In this document: in pieces, positions 30,030 through 41,681 of the stretch
Layout: each line of letters opens with the position of its first letter
Numbering within the stretch: the first letter of the stretch is position 1
Assembly (NCBI GenBank): GCA_964592405.1
Contig: CAZQBY010000005.1
Location: forward strand, 1-64,000
Reading direction: 5' to 3'
DNA: 64,000 nt
Source of the DNA: an uncultured archaeon
GTDB lineage: Archaea > Altiarchaeota > Altiarchaeia > JAFGQM01
Notes under the pieces: model-generated
What the model was told of the DNA's origin: nothing
The model's input: the letters and a program-made list of their open reading frames with translations, nothing else
Database searches by the model: none
Translations under genes and position numbers: made by a program

Positions 30030-30681
30030 AATCTAATTTAGGGGGGAGAAGTTAAAAAGCCGTTTGGGGTGTTTGGATTCGCGCTACACTACCCCCAAGC
30101 ACCACAGTAGATGTGCGCGCGCCGTTCCGGGCCTATTCAAACTTTCTTTTTAGTATCCTAAACCCGCCGGGAACTATAAGTATCTTTGTCTCAGAAATCC
30201 GGCCCATGTCGCCGTTTAGTTCGCTTTCGAGGTTTTTCAGGTTCCCAACGAGCTTTTTTAATGCCAGCCTGTTGGTCTGGGAAAGCGTTTCCGTGTCAAG
30301 AATTATTACGTTTCCTTTTCTCAGCTCCCGTTCAATGTCTGCCATGACCTCTGGGGAGTTTGCGCTCAGGCTCTTGACATAGGTGTATTTGTCCTCATCA
30401 AGGAGCTCGCCCTCATGGAGGCCAATACCCTCCAGGTACTCATCTAAATCCACAACTTCATCGCTATCAGAACCCCCTTCCTCAAAACCAAGCCAGCTTT
30501 TTATTCCCATTTTCGTCCCAGATTTAGTATTGTTGATTAGTCGGGGTTTGGAGAAAATCAACTTTCTCTTTTTTATCTTAGTCCACCCAAACTATACGAT
30601 TTGTATCATTTATCACTAAAACTATAAAAACGTTTTCTGGGTTCCACCATGGCAAGAGAAAATCTGTTCTCCAAATACCCC
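30030..30681. other. Candidate replication origin next to cdc6
   Basis: Apparent strand-skew inversion near 30 kb; GGGG(TG)TTTGGA at 30066 and 30543 and an inverted copy at 30667 flanking an AT-rich stretch. Confidence 0.4.
30133..30510 (-). CDS. sepF: Cell division protein SepF (archaeal)
   Basis: N-terminal amphipathic MGIKSWLGF; ELRKGNVIILD, GDMGRISETKILIVP. Confidence 0.85.
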   Translation of the reverse strand: MGIKSWLGFEEGGSDSDEVVDLDEYLEGIGLHEGELLDEDKYTYVKSLSANSPEVMADIERELRKGNVIILDTETLSQTNRLALKKLVGNLKNLESELNGDMGRISETKILIVPGGFRILKRKFE

Positions 30682-31884
30682 ACAAAATATAGGATATTCA
30701 GTAACAAGGAGGCGCTATCACCACACTTCACCCCACCAAAACTGCCCTATAGGGAAAATGAAATAAAAAGTGTCGTGAATCTGATGGCCCCAGCCCTCAG
30801 AATGGAAAAGCCTGCCAACATTTTCATCTATGGTAAGACTGGTGTCGGGAAGACCATCGTTACACGTTTCGTCTCCTCGGAGCTTCTGGAGATGTGTAAA
30901 AAACAGGGCGTCCCACTCTACATTAGTTATATAAACAACAAGATACACGACAGCAAATACAGGGTTTTGGTCAAATTGCTGAAGGACCTGTGGGGGGCGA
31001 ACAAAGAATACTTTGAGGAACATGGGATTCGGGTACACGATTCAGGGGCCCCGCCAACAACCATTTATGAGACTATCATAGGGTTTATTGATAATCTGGG
31101 AGCGGGGCTTATTGTGGTGCTTGATGAGGTGGATGCGGTCCGCGATCTGGACAGTCTGCTGTACACACTGACACGTGCAAACGATGATGTTAAACAAGGG
31201 TTTATAACAATAATTGGGATATCCAACAACCTCTTCTTCAAAAAGAATATTGACCCGCGGAGCAAGTCCACACTGTGCGAGGAGGAACTGGTCTTCCCAC
31301 CCTACAACGCCAAACAACTGACAACAATTCTGAGAGACAGGGTAAAAATGGGGTTTAAAGAAGGTAAGGTTGATCCTTCGGCCATGCGCCTGATAGCCGC
31401 AATAGCATCCAAAGAGGGTGGGGACGCGCGCTATGCCCTTCGCCTCCTGCGTAAGGCAGGAGAGATCGCTGAGGCCACCAATGCCCGTCTTGTGAAGGTC
31501 AGTGATGTTGAAGAGGCCCAAAAAGGAGTGGAGGAGGATATTGTTCTGGAAAGCCTAAGCACGCTCCCCGACCACCAACAGATTGTCCTCATGGCTCTGG
31601 CCAATCTGGTAGAAAACGCCCAGAAAGACCTCCGTGGTGAGAAAAGAAAACAGTTTATATCAGGAGAAGTATATGATGAGTATAAAAAGACCTGCAAACA
31701 GGTGGGTGAGAAGCCAAGAAGTATGAGGTGGGTGAGAGAGTATCTGAACGATCTGGAAATGTTGGGCTTTATCTCTATGCAGTTTACCGGGAAGGGAAGT
31801 AGGGGGCAGACAAGACTTATTGAACTGGGCGAGGACCCCACAAAGATCAAACAATATATCATCAAATCCCTGAAGCTGGGCTAA
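30649..31884 (+). CDS. cdc6: Orc1/Cdc6 replication initiator
   Basis: YGKTGVGKT, VLDEVD, FPPYNA.QL..IL.DR, GDARYAL, C-terminal winged helix GKGSRGQTR. Confidence 0.95.
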   Translation: MARENLFSKYPTKYRIFSNKEALSPHFTPPKLPYRENEIKSVVNLMAPALRMEKPANIFIYGKTGVGKTIVTRFVSSELLEMCKKQGVPLYISYINNKIHDSKYRVLVKLLKDLWGANKEYFEEHGIRVHDSGAPPTTIYETIIGFIDNLGAGLIVVLDEVDAVRDLDSLLYTLTRANDDVKQGFITIIGISNNLFFKKNIDPRSKSTLCEEELVFPPYNAKQLTTILRDRVKMGFKEGKVDPSAMRLIAAIASKEGGDARYALRLLRKAGEIAEATNARLVKVSDVEEAQKGVEEDIVLESLSTLPDHQQIVLMALANLVENAQKDLRGEKRKQFISGEVYDEYKKTCKQVGEKPRSMRWVREYLNDLEMLGFISMQFTGKGSRGQTRLIELGEDPTKIKQYIIKSLKLG

Positions 31885-32723
31885 CATATTCTAACATCCA
31901 CCCCATACGCGCGCAATATGTTGGCCATACCGGCAACATGTCCAATACCAACAACCACAACCAACCTGCTTTTCTTTTTGAGGAGAGATAGTATATTACT
32001 ACACATGTGAACATTCCGCTCTTCAACCAAGACTTTATAAGTAGCTGGAAAGCGCCGTTTGAGTGCCTGCATTAACTGGCTGACCGCCGTTCCTTCTTCC
32101 AGTTCTTTAACCTGCGCCCCACAACCAAATAAGGGGCCCGGCCCGGCCCCAAACCTGACTAGAACCGGCCGCAACAGCAGAAATACGAGAGCAGCAACAA
32201 CATTAACCCCCAACCACATTCTCTCCCACAGGGACATGTTTTTTAACAGGCGGTTGAGGCTGATTCGAATCGGCCGGTCTATAAGCGCAACAGACACCCC
32301 CGCCTGCTGTGCAGCCTGAATGGCTGAGAGCATTTCAATACCGGGAACAACTCCAAACATCCTACCAATTTCCCACTGTAGCCACCCCATTAAACCAACC
32401 AAACTTACCAACCCTCCTGCGCGTGGTGAATAGCGGAAGTGACCCCCCTCTTCCATTTCCTGCAGGGCAAGGAACCTTTGCCGGTCCAGCTCAACACAAA
32501 CAACATCTGGTGATACCATGTCAATAATATCCATCACCCTTCTTGCACTCTTCTGCGAGATGTGGACCGTGCCTACAAGGTATACATATTTGGCCTCATA
32601 CCTTTCTCTCTTGCCCTTGTGAACCCTCCTTTTATTTGTTCCTTTAACCATTCCTGTTCCCTGCATCCCAAACCCATTACTATCACAAACAAGAAAAACT
32701 AAACCCTCGGACACCCGAGCCAT
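31881..32723 (-). CDS. TraB/PrgY-domain protein (true start may be downstream, e.g. 32651)
   Basis: LVGTVHIS, VCVELD..R, PGIEM, LIDRPI, LVEERN..M, VVVGIGHV. Confidence 0.85.
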   Translation of the reverse strand: MARVSEGLVFLVCDSNGFGMQGTGMVKGTNKRRVHKGKRERYEAKYVYLVGTVHISQKSARRVMDIIDMVSPDVVCVELDRQRFLALQEMEEGGHFRYSPRAGGLVSLVGLMGWLQWEIGRMFGVVPGIEMLSAIQAAQQAGVSVALIDRPIRISLNRLLKNMSLWERMWLGVNVVAALVFLLLRPVLVRFGAGPGPLFGCGAQVKELEEGTAVSQLMQALKRRFPATYKVLVEERNVHMCSNILSLLKKKSRLVVVVGIGHVAGMANILRAYGVDVRIC

Positions 32724-32825
32724 GTCTCAAAAAACATGCGTCAGACAACACTAAAGAGGCCGAATTGACAAAGCTTTTTATACCTTTCTTCATAAACATT
32801 AAGGAACTTAAACCTTGGGTGAAAA

Positions 32826-33113
32826 ATGAGCATCAAAATATCGGAGCTGTATGGGACCGAAATATACACAAGCAAAGCCAAACACATCGGCAAGGTCGAA
32901 GACATAATCCTCAACCTGCAGAAGGGCGAGATAATGAGAATCACGCTCGCTCCACTAAAAAGTGGCTTCCTTTCCAAAAGCAAGGTAGAAGAGATACTCA
33001 AGGAAAACAGCATTAGCTATCAGGATGTTGAGGAGGTTGGAGACATTGTCTTGGTGAAGCCCACCGTGCGCGCCGCAACTGCAGCAGCCAAGGGCGGGGC
33101 ACACAGACACTAA
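32826..33113 (+). CDS. PRC-barrel protein (CdpB-like)
   Basis: ISELYGTEIYT..IGKVEDIIL..VGDIVLV. Confidence 0.85.
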   Translation: MSIKISELYGTEIYTSKAKHIGKVEDIILNLQKGEIMRITLAPLKSGFLSKSKVEEILKENSISYQDVEEVGDIVLVKPTVRAATAAAKGGAHRH

Positions 33114-33159
33114 CTTCCCACCCCAATTTTATAACACTCTACTGCTAAGTCTAGCCTAA

Positions 33160-34509
33160 ATGGTTCTTGACAAGCTCTCCTCAGGCCTGCAGAGGGTCCT
33201 AGAGCGTATTAGGGGGTCTGGTGTAGTCGACAGGACCACAGTCAGGGAGATAGTCAAGGAAATACAGAAGACGCTCATCTCAGCAGACGTCAAGATAGAG
33301 CAAGTCTTTGAAATATCAAGAATCATTGAGGAAAAAGCTCTAAAAGAGCGCCTGCCCGCCGGCATCCCACGAAAGGAACACCTTATAAAAGTGGTTTATG
33401 AGGAGATATCCAGACTAATGGGGGGCGAGGAAGCAAGATTCGAGCTGGACCCCAAAAAGCAAAACAGGATAATACTTGTGGGGGTTCAGGGTTCCGGAAA
33501 GACAACACAGGCTGCCAAACTAGCAAAATATCTAATGAAAAAGGGATTTAAACCAGCCCTGATATGCGCAGACAAATTCCGTCCCGGTGCATTGGAGCAA
33601 CTACAGCAGCTCGGCAGGGAGATTAATGTTCCAGTTTACGGGGAGCAGGATGAGAAGAAGCCTTGGAACATTGCCAAGAGAGGGCTGGAGTACTTCAAAG
33701 ATAAAAACGTTGTTATAATAGATTCAGAGGGGCGACATTCGCTGGATAGAGATCTTATGGATGAGATAGAACACCTGCATAAGGAGGTCAAACCTGATTA
33801 CACATTACTGGTCCTGGATTCCACAATAGGCCAGCAGGCAGAGGTCCAAGCGCGCGCATTTAAGGAGCGCGCAGGCGTAAATGGCATCATACTCACAAAA
33901 TTGGATGGTTCGGCCAAGGGTGGTGGCGGCATATCGGCATGTGCTGCAACAGGAGCTCCTGTTTTTTTCATAGGAGTTGGTGAGCGCATAGATGATTTGG
34001 AGCGGTTTGACCCAAAGGCATTTGTTGGCCGTCTGATGGGGTTTGGCGACATTAAGGGGTTGCTGCAGAAGTTTGAAGAGCACGTAGAAGAAGAGGAGCT
34101 CGAAGATATAGCAAAGCGGATGATGGCCGGCAAGTTCACCCTCCTAGATGTTTATCACCAACTGGAGCACGTCAAGAAACTTGGGCCTCTGAACAAGGTG
34201 GCCGAGATGCTCCCCGGGTTTGGTAAAATAAGTGGCACCAAACTCCTCCCAAAGGAGGTACTCAATGTGCAGGAGGAAAAACTCAAAAGATTCAGACCAA
34301 TCCTACAGTCAATGACCTACCATGAACTCGAAAACCCAAAACTAAACCGTTCACGCGTTGAGAGAATAGCTGCCGGCTCTGGGACAGAACCCGAAGATGT
34401 GCGCGCACTTATACAACAATACAACCAAATGCGTGCGGGCTTCAAAAGACTCCGCAAGGACAGACGGTTTGCCAAAATGTTTAAATCAATGGCAGGCGAG
34501 GCGGCGTGA
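33160..34509 (+). CDS. srp54: Signal recognition particle protein SRP54
   Basis: GVQGSGKTT, TKLDGSAKGGG, GVGERIDDLE, M-domain QSMT..E, RIAAGSG. Confidence 0.95.
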   Translation: MVLDKLSSGLQRVLERIRGSGVVDRTTVREIVKEIQKTLISADVKIEQVFEISRIIEEKALKERLPAGIPRKEHLIKVVYEEISRLMGGEEARFELDPKKQNRIILVGVQGSGKTTQAAKLAKYLMKKGFKPALICADKFRPGALEQLQQLGREINVPVYGEQDEKKPWNIAKRGLEYFKDKNVVIIDSEGRHSLDRDLMDEIEHLHKEVKPDYTLLVLDSTIGQQAEVQARAFKERAGVNGIILTKLDGSAKGGGGISACAATGAPVFFIGVGERIDDLERFDPKAFVGRLMGFGDIKGLLQKFEEHVEEEELEDIAKRMMAGKFTLLDVYHQLEHVKKLGPLNKVAEMLPGFGKISGTKLLPKEVLNVQEEKLKRFRPILQSMTYHELENPKLNRSRVERIAAGSGTEPEDVRALIQQYNQMRAGFKRLRKDRRFAKMFKSMAGEAA

Positions 34510-34602
34510 ACTCCCCAAACAACCCCACTTTTTTCTTTTTAAGCCTTTTTCTTCTAATTATCCAGGTGGTAAAACCAACTAGCAGACCTGAATTTTGGTC
34601 TT

Positions 34603-34619
34603 GAAAAGCGGCGCTTTTC
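34603..34619. promoter_or_regulatory. Perfect palindrome GAAAAGCG-G-CGCTTTTC upstream of gyrB
   Basis: 8-bp inverted repeat with 1-nt centre, about 35 bp before the gyrB ATG. Confidence 0.35.
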
Positions 34620-34641
34620 CATGTTCAAAATTTAGGCTTGA

Positions 34642-36561
<1,920 letters not shown>

Positions 36562-36568
36562 GGAAGAC

Positions 36569-39436
36569 ATGATGGATGATGCTGATGGGAAAGACCAACA
36601 ACAGAAAGACCAGCAACAGGAGGCCGGCACTCCAAACGACCCAACAGTCGGCAGTATCGGAAGGCAGATAATCCCTCAAAATATTGAGGATGAGATGAAG
36701 GAGTCATATATAGATTACTCCATGTCAGTCATAATAGGGCGCGCCCTGCCGGATGTCCGCGACGGACTAAAACCAGTTCACCGTAGGATACTCTATGCCA
36801 TGAATGAACTTGGTCTACAGCACAATAAACCATATACCAAATCCGCCACTGTTGTTGGTGAGGTTCTTGGAAAATACCATCCCCACGGAGATACTGCAGT
36901 CTATGATACTCTAGTCCGCATGGCGCAGGACTTCTCACTGCGCTACCCACTCGTTGATGGTCAGGGTAACTTTGGTTCAATAGACGGGGATCCCGCAGCT
37001 GCTTACAGATATACTGAAGTGAGGATGTCCAAGATAGCCGGCGAGATGCTTGCCGACATTGAGAAGAACACCGTCGATATGGTATCAAACTACAACGAGA
37101 CACGGCAGGAGCCCACAGTACTCCCCTCCAGATTTCCAAACCTCCTAGTCAACGGATCATCCGGCATAGCCGTCGGCATGGCTACGAACATGCCCCCCCA
37201 CAACCTATCCGAAGTCATTGACGGAATAACCGCTACCATAGATAATCCCCAAATAACGATTCAGGAGCTCATGCAGTATATCAAGGGCCCGGATTTCCCA
37301 ACAGGAGCCACCATTTGTGGTCAGGGCGGCATAGTCCAGGCCTATACAACTGGCAGGGGTAGTATCAGGATAAGGGCAAAGGCAGAAATAATAAAAAACA
37401 AAAACAGGGAGTCGATAATCGTCACGGAAATACCCTACCAGATAAACAAGGCCAACCTGATAGGCTCCATAGCCGAGCTGGTTAAGGATAAGAAGATAGA
37501 TGGCATCTCGGATATAAGGGACGAATCTGATAGAGAAGGTATGCGCATAGTCATTGAGATAAAACAAGGGGCGCAGGCCGATATTGTCCTGAATCAGCTC
37601 TACAAACATACGGCCATGGAGGCCACTTTTGGTGTCATAAATCTTGCTCTTGTAGACAACAAACCCGTAGTTCTCACTCTCAAGGGGCTCATAACCAATT
37701 TCATAAAACATCGCAAAAACGTCATAACACGAAGATGCCAGTTCGAACTCAAAAAATCTGAGGACCGCATCCATATTCTTGAGGGCTTCAGAATAGCTCT
37801 CAACAACATAGATGGTGTGGTCAAGCTCATCAGGGGTTCAGAGAACATAGAATCGGCCCGCACAAGTCTTGTCAGCAGTTTTGGGCTTTCGGATAAACAG
37901 GCCAAAGCCATACTGGAAATGCGCCTCCAGAAGCTGACCGGTCTGGAGCGTGAGAAAATAGAGCAGGAATATGGGGAACTTCTCAAATACATAAAGTGGT
38001 TAAAGGAGGTCTTGGCTGATGAGGGGCGGATTCTCCAGATAATCAAAGATGAACTTGCTGAAATAAAGAATACCTATGGAGATGAGAGAAGAACTGAAAT
38101 AGGTGAGGCAGTTGATGATATTGATATTGAAGATCTGATACCTGAGGAGCGCATGGTTGTTTCCATAACCAACCAAGGATATATCAAGAGACTGCCCCTG
38201 ACCACATACCGTGCACAGAGAAGAGGGGGCAGGGGAGTCATAGGGATGGATACAAAGGAAGGAGATTTTGTCGAACAGCTTTTTATAGCCTCAACCCATG
38301 ACTACATGCTTTTTTTCACCAACAGGGGACGGGTTTACTGGCTCAAGGTCTATCAGCTTCCAATTGCAGGGCGGTATTCCCGCGGCTCAGCGATAGTAAA
38401 CCTCCTCCAACTGGAAAAGGATGAAAAGGTGGAGGCCGCTATCAGAATAAATGAGTTCAAAAAAGGTTATTATCTGGTAATGATAACCAAGGAAGGCCTG
38501 ATAAAAAAGACAGAGCTGGAGGCTTACAGCCGTCCGAGGAAGGGGGGAATAATAGGGATAAGACTCAGGGAGAATGATGAGCTGGTAAGTGTTCTCCTGA
38601 CTAAAGGAGATGACGAGATACTGGTCTCAACCAGAAACGGAAAGGTAATAAGGTTTAGTGAAACTGATGTGCGCGCAGTGGGGAGAAACTCTATGGGAGT
38701 CAGAGCCATAAAACTGAAGAACGAAGACAAGGTGGTCAGTGCGGTGGTCATAGATGTGGAATCGTCCCTTCTCACAATCACAGAGAACGGATATGGCAAG
38801 CGGACGCCGTTCAACAAATACTCCCTTCAAAAACGCGCCGGCCAAGGAGTTATAGATATCAAAACAACTGAGAGAAACGGGGGCGTGGTTGGATCCATAA
38901 CAGTCCGAGAGGATGATGAAATAATGTCCATAACGTCAAAAGGGATTATAATAAGAACCCCAGTCTCTGACATATCCCAAATCGGCAGGAATACCCAGGG
39001 GGTCCGGATAATGAAGCTTGAAGAAGGCAACAAGGTAGTATCCATTGCGCGCATAGTAGGTGAAAAAGAGGAGGAAGAGATAGAGGGCGAAGTGGAAACC
39101 ATGGCAAAAGGTGCAGAAGCAGAAGAAGAGCCTCTAGCCGAAATCGAGAGGATCTCAGAAGAAAGACCTGCGCCCAAAGCCGAAGAGACAGACGAAGAAA
39201 CAAATAAAACAACTATAGAGAGGGCCCTAGAGGAGATCGAGCCGGAGAGAAAGGAGCATACAGAAAAACCTGAAGAGCCTGTGCCAAAGGCGGATAAAAC
39301 CATCTTCCCGAGAGAAGAGATTGATGAACCAAAATCAGGCAGGGAGGTCCCGGATTATCTACTACGCTATATCAAAGCAAATCCAAAATCACCAAAAGCA
39401 ATCAAGGTTGCGCGCGAATATGGTATAGAACTGTAA
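36569..39436 (+). CDS. gyrA: DNA gyrase subunit A with long acidic C-terminal tail
   Basis: [29 protein letters not shown], GyrA-box QRRGGRG, pinwheel repeats. Confidence 0.97.
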   Translation: MMDDADGKDQQQKDQQQEAGTPNDPTVGSIGRQIIPQNIEDEMKESYIDYSMSVIIGRALPDVRDGLKPVHRRILYAMNELGLQHNKPYTKSATVVGEVLGKYHPHGDTAVYDTLVRMAQDFSLRYPLVDGQGNFGSIDGDPAAAYRYTEVRMSKIAGEMLADIEKNTVDMVSNYNETRQEPTVLPSRFPNLLVNGSSGIAVGMATNMPPHNLSEVIDGITATIDNPQITIQELMQYIKGPDFPTGATICGQGGIVQAYTTGRGSIRIRAKAEIIKNKNRESIIVTEIPYQINKANLIGSIAELVKDKKIDGISDIRDESDREGMRIVIEIKQGAQADIVLNQLYKHTAMEATFGVINLALVDNKPVVLTLKGLITNFIKHRKNVITRRCQFELKKSEDRIHILEGFRIALNNIDGVVKLIRGSENIESARTSLVSSFGLSDKQAKAILEMRLQKLTGLEREKIEQEYGELLKYIKWLKEVLADEGRILQIIKDELAEIKNTYGDERRTEIGEAVDDIDIEDLIPEERMVVSITNQGYIKRLPLTTYRAQRRGGRGVIGMDTKEGDFVEQLFIASTHDYMLFFTNRGRVYWLKVYQLPIAGRYSRGSAIVNLLQLEKDEKVEAAIRINEFKKGYYLVMITKEGLIKKTELEAYSRPRKGGIIGIRLRENDELVSVLLTKGDDEILVSTRNGKVIRFSETDVRAVGRNSMGVRAIKLKNEDKVVSAVVIDVESSLLTITENGYGKRTPFNKYSLQKRAGQGVIDIKTTERNGGVVGSITVREDDEIMSITSKGIIIRTPVSDISQIGRNTQGVRIMKLEEGNKVVSIARIVGEKEEEEIEGEVETMAKGAEAEEEPLAEIERISEERPAPKAEETDEETNKTTIERALEEIEPERKEHTEKPEEPVPKADKTIFPREEIDEPKSGREVPDYLLRYIKANPKSPKAIKVAREYGIEL

Positions 39437-39511
39437 TGGGCCTGGCCAGATTTGAACTGGCGACCTCTCGATTATCAGTCGAGCGCTATAACCAGGCTAA
39501 GCCACAGGCCC
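39437..39511 (-). tRNA. tRNA-Ile (GAT)
   Basis: Cloverleaf GGGCCTG...CTCGA-CT GAT AA-TCGAG...GTTCAAATC...CAGGCCCA; no encoded CCA; 3' end abuts the gyrA stop. Confidence 0.95.
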
Positions 39512-39618
39512 GTGCCTCTATTTTGAAGATAAGTACTCAAAAAGTTTTCGGCCCCCGGGCTACATCAGCCACCCCAATACATAAATGAGCTGATAATATC
39601 AATAATTAACACATAAAT

Positions 39619-40365
39619 TCAGAGCGAAAGCAGATTTCGGAGCCTCAAGAACCTCGGCGGCCTATAGTCCGCCCCAACCAGGTTGGCTGCCAGCTGCTTG
39701 TAGCTAACGGCCGCTTTGGAGTAGGGGGAGTGAAATACTAGGGGTGTCCGTTCGAATATCGACCTCTTTATTCCTTTGTCCTCTGGTATCCGGGCAAGCA
39801 CAGGCGCCTCACAGAGAGCCTCAATTTCGTGCACAAGAATCTCTGCCGCATCATTCTCTACCCTGTTTACTATAACCCCAAGATTGTCCTTTCCCATGTT
39901 CCTGGAGATCTCAAGTATCTTGATGGCATCCGTTACCGAGGGGACATCCGGATTTGTTATAACCAAGATGTCATCGCACGCCTCCATAATATGGTATATA
40001 TCCTTACTAAATCCAGGGGGCGCATCTACTATCACCAATCCCTCCAGACCATCCCTGATAACATCCTTGAAACCAGACATATCCACTATACTCTGCTCTA
40101 GAGAAAGGGATGCAGGGATTATCTTCATGCCGCGCAGCACCACCTTAACTGCTTTGTATATATGTGTCCTCTTTTTTAGGACATCCTGAAGAGATGAGCT
40201 TGCATCCGGGAGACCGAGATGTACTGTCAGATTGGCGGAACTAATATCTGCATCTACCAGTATGGACTCATGACCAAATTCATGGAGGGCTGCAGATAGG
40301 TTAATGGCCGTGACAGTCTTTCCGACCCCCCCTTTGCCGGAGAGAACACCAATTACTCGTTGCAT
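39619..40365 (-). CDS. minD: MinD/ParA-family ATPase
   Basis: SGKGGVGKT deviant Walker A, DAPPG, IPED, C-terminal amphipathic FLRLRNLL. Confidence 0.85.
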   Translation of the reverse strand: MQRVIGVLSGKGGVGKTVTAINLSAALHEFGHESILVDADISSANLTVHLGLPDASSSLQDVLKKRTHIYKAVKVVLRGMKIIPASLSLEQSIVDMSGFKDVIRDGLEGLVIVDAPPGFSKDIYHIMEACDDILVITNPDVPSVTDAIKILEISRNMGKDNLGVIVNRVENDAAEILVHEIEALCEAPVLARIPEDKGIKRSIFERTPLVFHSPYSKAAVSYKQLAANLVGADYRPPRFLRLRNLLSL

Positions 40366-40488
40366 TATAGTGATTTACACCAAAGAACTCCACTATACTA
40401 TCAGGAAGCCCAATAAAAATCAGGAGCATCCATTTTAATATCTGCAACAACAATATATCGCTACAGGTTATTTAATAGGGGTGCAGAT

Positions 40489-40911
40489 ATGGACAAAATT
40501 GTTGCGGTTGCCTCTATACTCGCTATAGTCGCCATACTCTCAGTGACCTTGATTCTAAATCCTTTTGCCCCCCCTTCACCCCTTCAGGAGGGGGCTGTCG
40601 AGGAGAGTGATGGCACTGGCGGAGTTGTGGGGACGGCTCCTGAACCAGAATCGGAAGGTGATGAAGCGACCCACCCAGAGATAAATATCAATCAGGCAAC
40701 AATAGAGTCCATAATAACCCCCAAAGTAAGTGGAAACTGCACCCTCTACAAACACGTAGTGAAGAACAAATGGGAGTGTTTTGGAACTGCTGGCAACTTC
40801 AGCAAAATAGCCACAAACGAATACCGGCCAGCAGAATCAGACACCTACTTTTGCAGGCCTACCGAGTATGGGTGCAAGCTTTACCAGAGGGTGGACTTCC
40901 AACTGGGATAA
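40489..40911 (+). CDS. Hypothetical membrane-anchored/secreted protein with 4-Cys domain
   Basis: N-terminal hydrophobic helix, acidic linker, four Cys. Confidence 0.65.
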   Translation: MDKIVAVASILAIVAILSVTLILNPFAPPSPLQEGAVEESDGTGGVVGTAPEPESEGDEATHPEININQATIESIITPKVSGNCTLYKHVVKNKWECFGTAGNFSKIATNEYRPAESDTYFCRPTEYGCKLYQRVDFQLG

Positions 40912-41032
40912 TGTGCGCGCACACAATAATCCAGGCAACTCGGATGTGAGGGCTCTGGGAGATATTGTTTTGCTGACGTGCTGTATGATTATCCTTTGGT
41001 GAGGCCGGCCGCCAGAGGCGATCCTCATAAAA

Positions 41033-41106
41033 AGCCCCCGGAGGGATTTGAACCCTCGACTTGCTGATTACAAGTCAGCCGCTCTGCCAGACTGAGCTAC
41101 GGAGGC
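41033..41106 (-). tRNA. tRNA-Thr (TGT)
   Basis: GCCTCCG...GCTGA-CT TGT AA-TCAGC...GGTTCAAATCC...CGGGGGCT. Confidence 0.95.
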
Positions 41107-41162
41107 AAGCACCCCCACATATGATTTCTCCCACAAGCGCTGCATCTGCCCAAGGATAGGAA

Positions 41163-41238
41163 TAGCGGGGGTGGGATTTGAACCACACGACCTTCGGGTT
41201 ATGAGCCCGACGAGCACTCCTGGCTGCTCAACCCCGCT
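41163..41238 (-). tRNA. Initiator tRNA-Met (CAT)
   Basis: A1-U72 acceptor AGCGGGG/CCCCGCT; anticodon stem with three G-C pairs TCGGG-CTCATAA-CCCGA. Confidence 0.93.
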
Positions 41239-41335
41239 ATTAGAATAGTTAGGGGGGTATATTCGAAGTATGGACCATAAAAAATCAAGATGGTTGCGAT
41301 TCCAAACCTTTTTTTCTAAAAACCTCAATATTATC

Positions 41336-41600
41336 AGCGGGCTAGGCCGGGGAGCTAGGGGTTCCCTCTTTCCCAAAATCCCCTTCAGGGAGCCGAATCC
41401 GAGGGGCGATTCGGTCTGGGTGGAGATGGATGGTTTTCCTCTGTGTCGATCCCTCGTCCCTTGGGGGCACATGTGATCCGAATCTGGTCAGGCCCTGACG
41501 GGAGCAGCCATAAGGATTATGTGTGTCGTCTAAGGAATCGCGAGGGGGAGCATGTAAACCACTCCTATCCATTTGGACCGTCTCCACCCGAGGGCCCGCT
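41336..41600 (+). ncRNA. ffs: Archaeal SRP RNA (7S), atypical: no helix 6, UGAC helix-8 loop
   Basis: Terminal helix AGCGGGC/GCCCGCT; Alu-like 5' GCTAGGCCGGGG; long helix 5; helix 8 GGTCAGGCCC-TGAC-GGGAGCAGCC with the SRP54-binding CAGG/AGCAG loop. Confidence 0.9.
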
Positions 41601-41681
41601 ACCCAATCTTTCAATATGGCTTTTCTTACCCCTTCTTCTAATTTGACACTTGGATCTAAGTGTGTTCTAGGGTCGATCTGA

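Noticed and set aside
30030-30648. Canonical ORB elements near cdc6
   Set aside because: No TCCA-N-TGGAAA plus G-string consensus found; only non-canonical motifs, reported separately
40912-41032. Possible small RNA downstream of tRNA-Thr
   Set aside because: Only a modest hairpin and no well-formed C/D boxes on either strand
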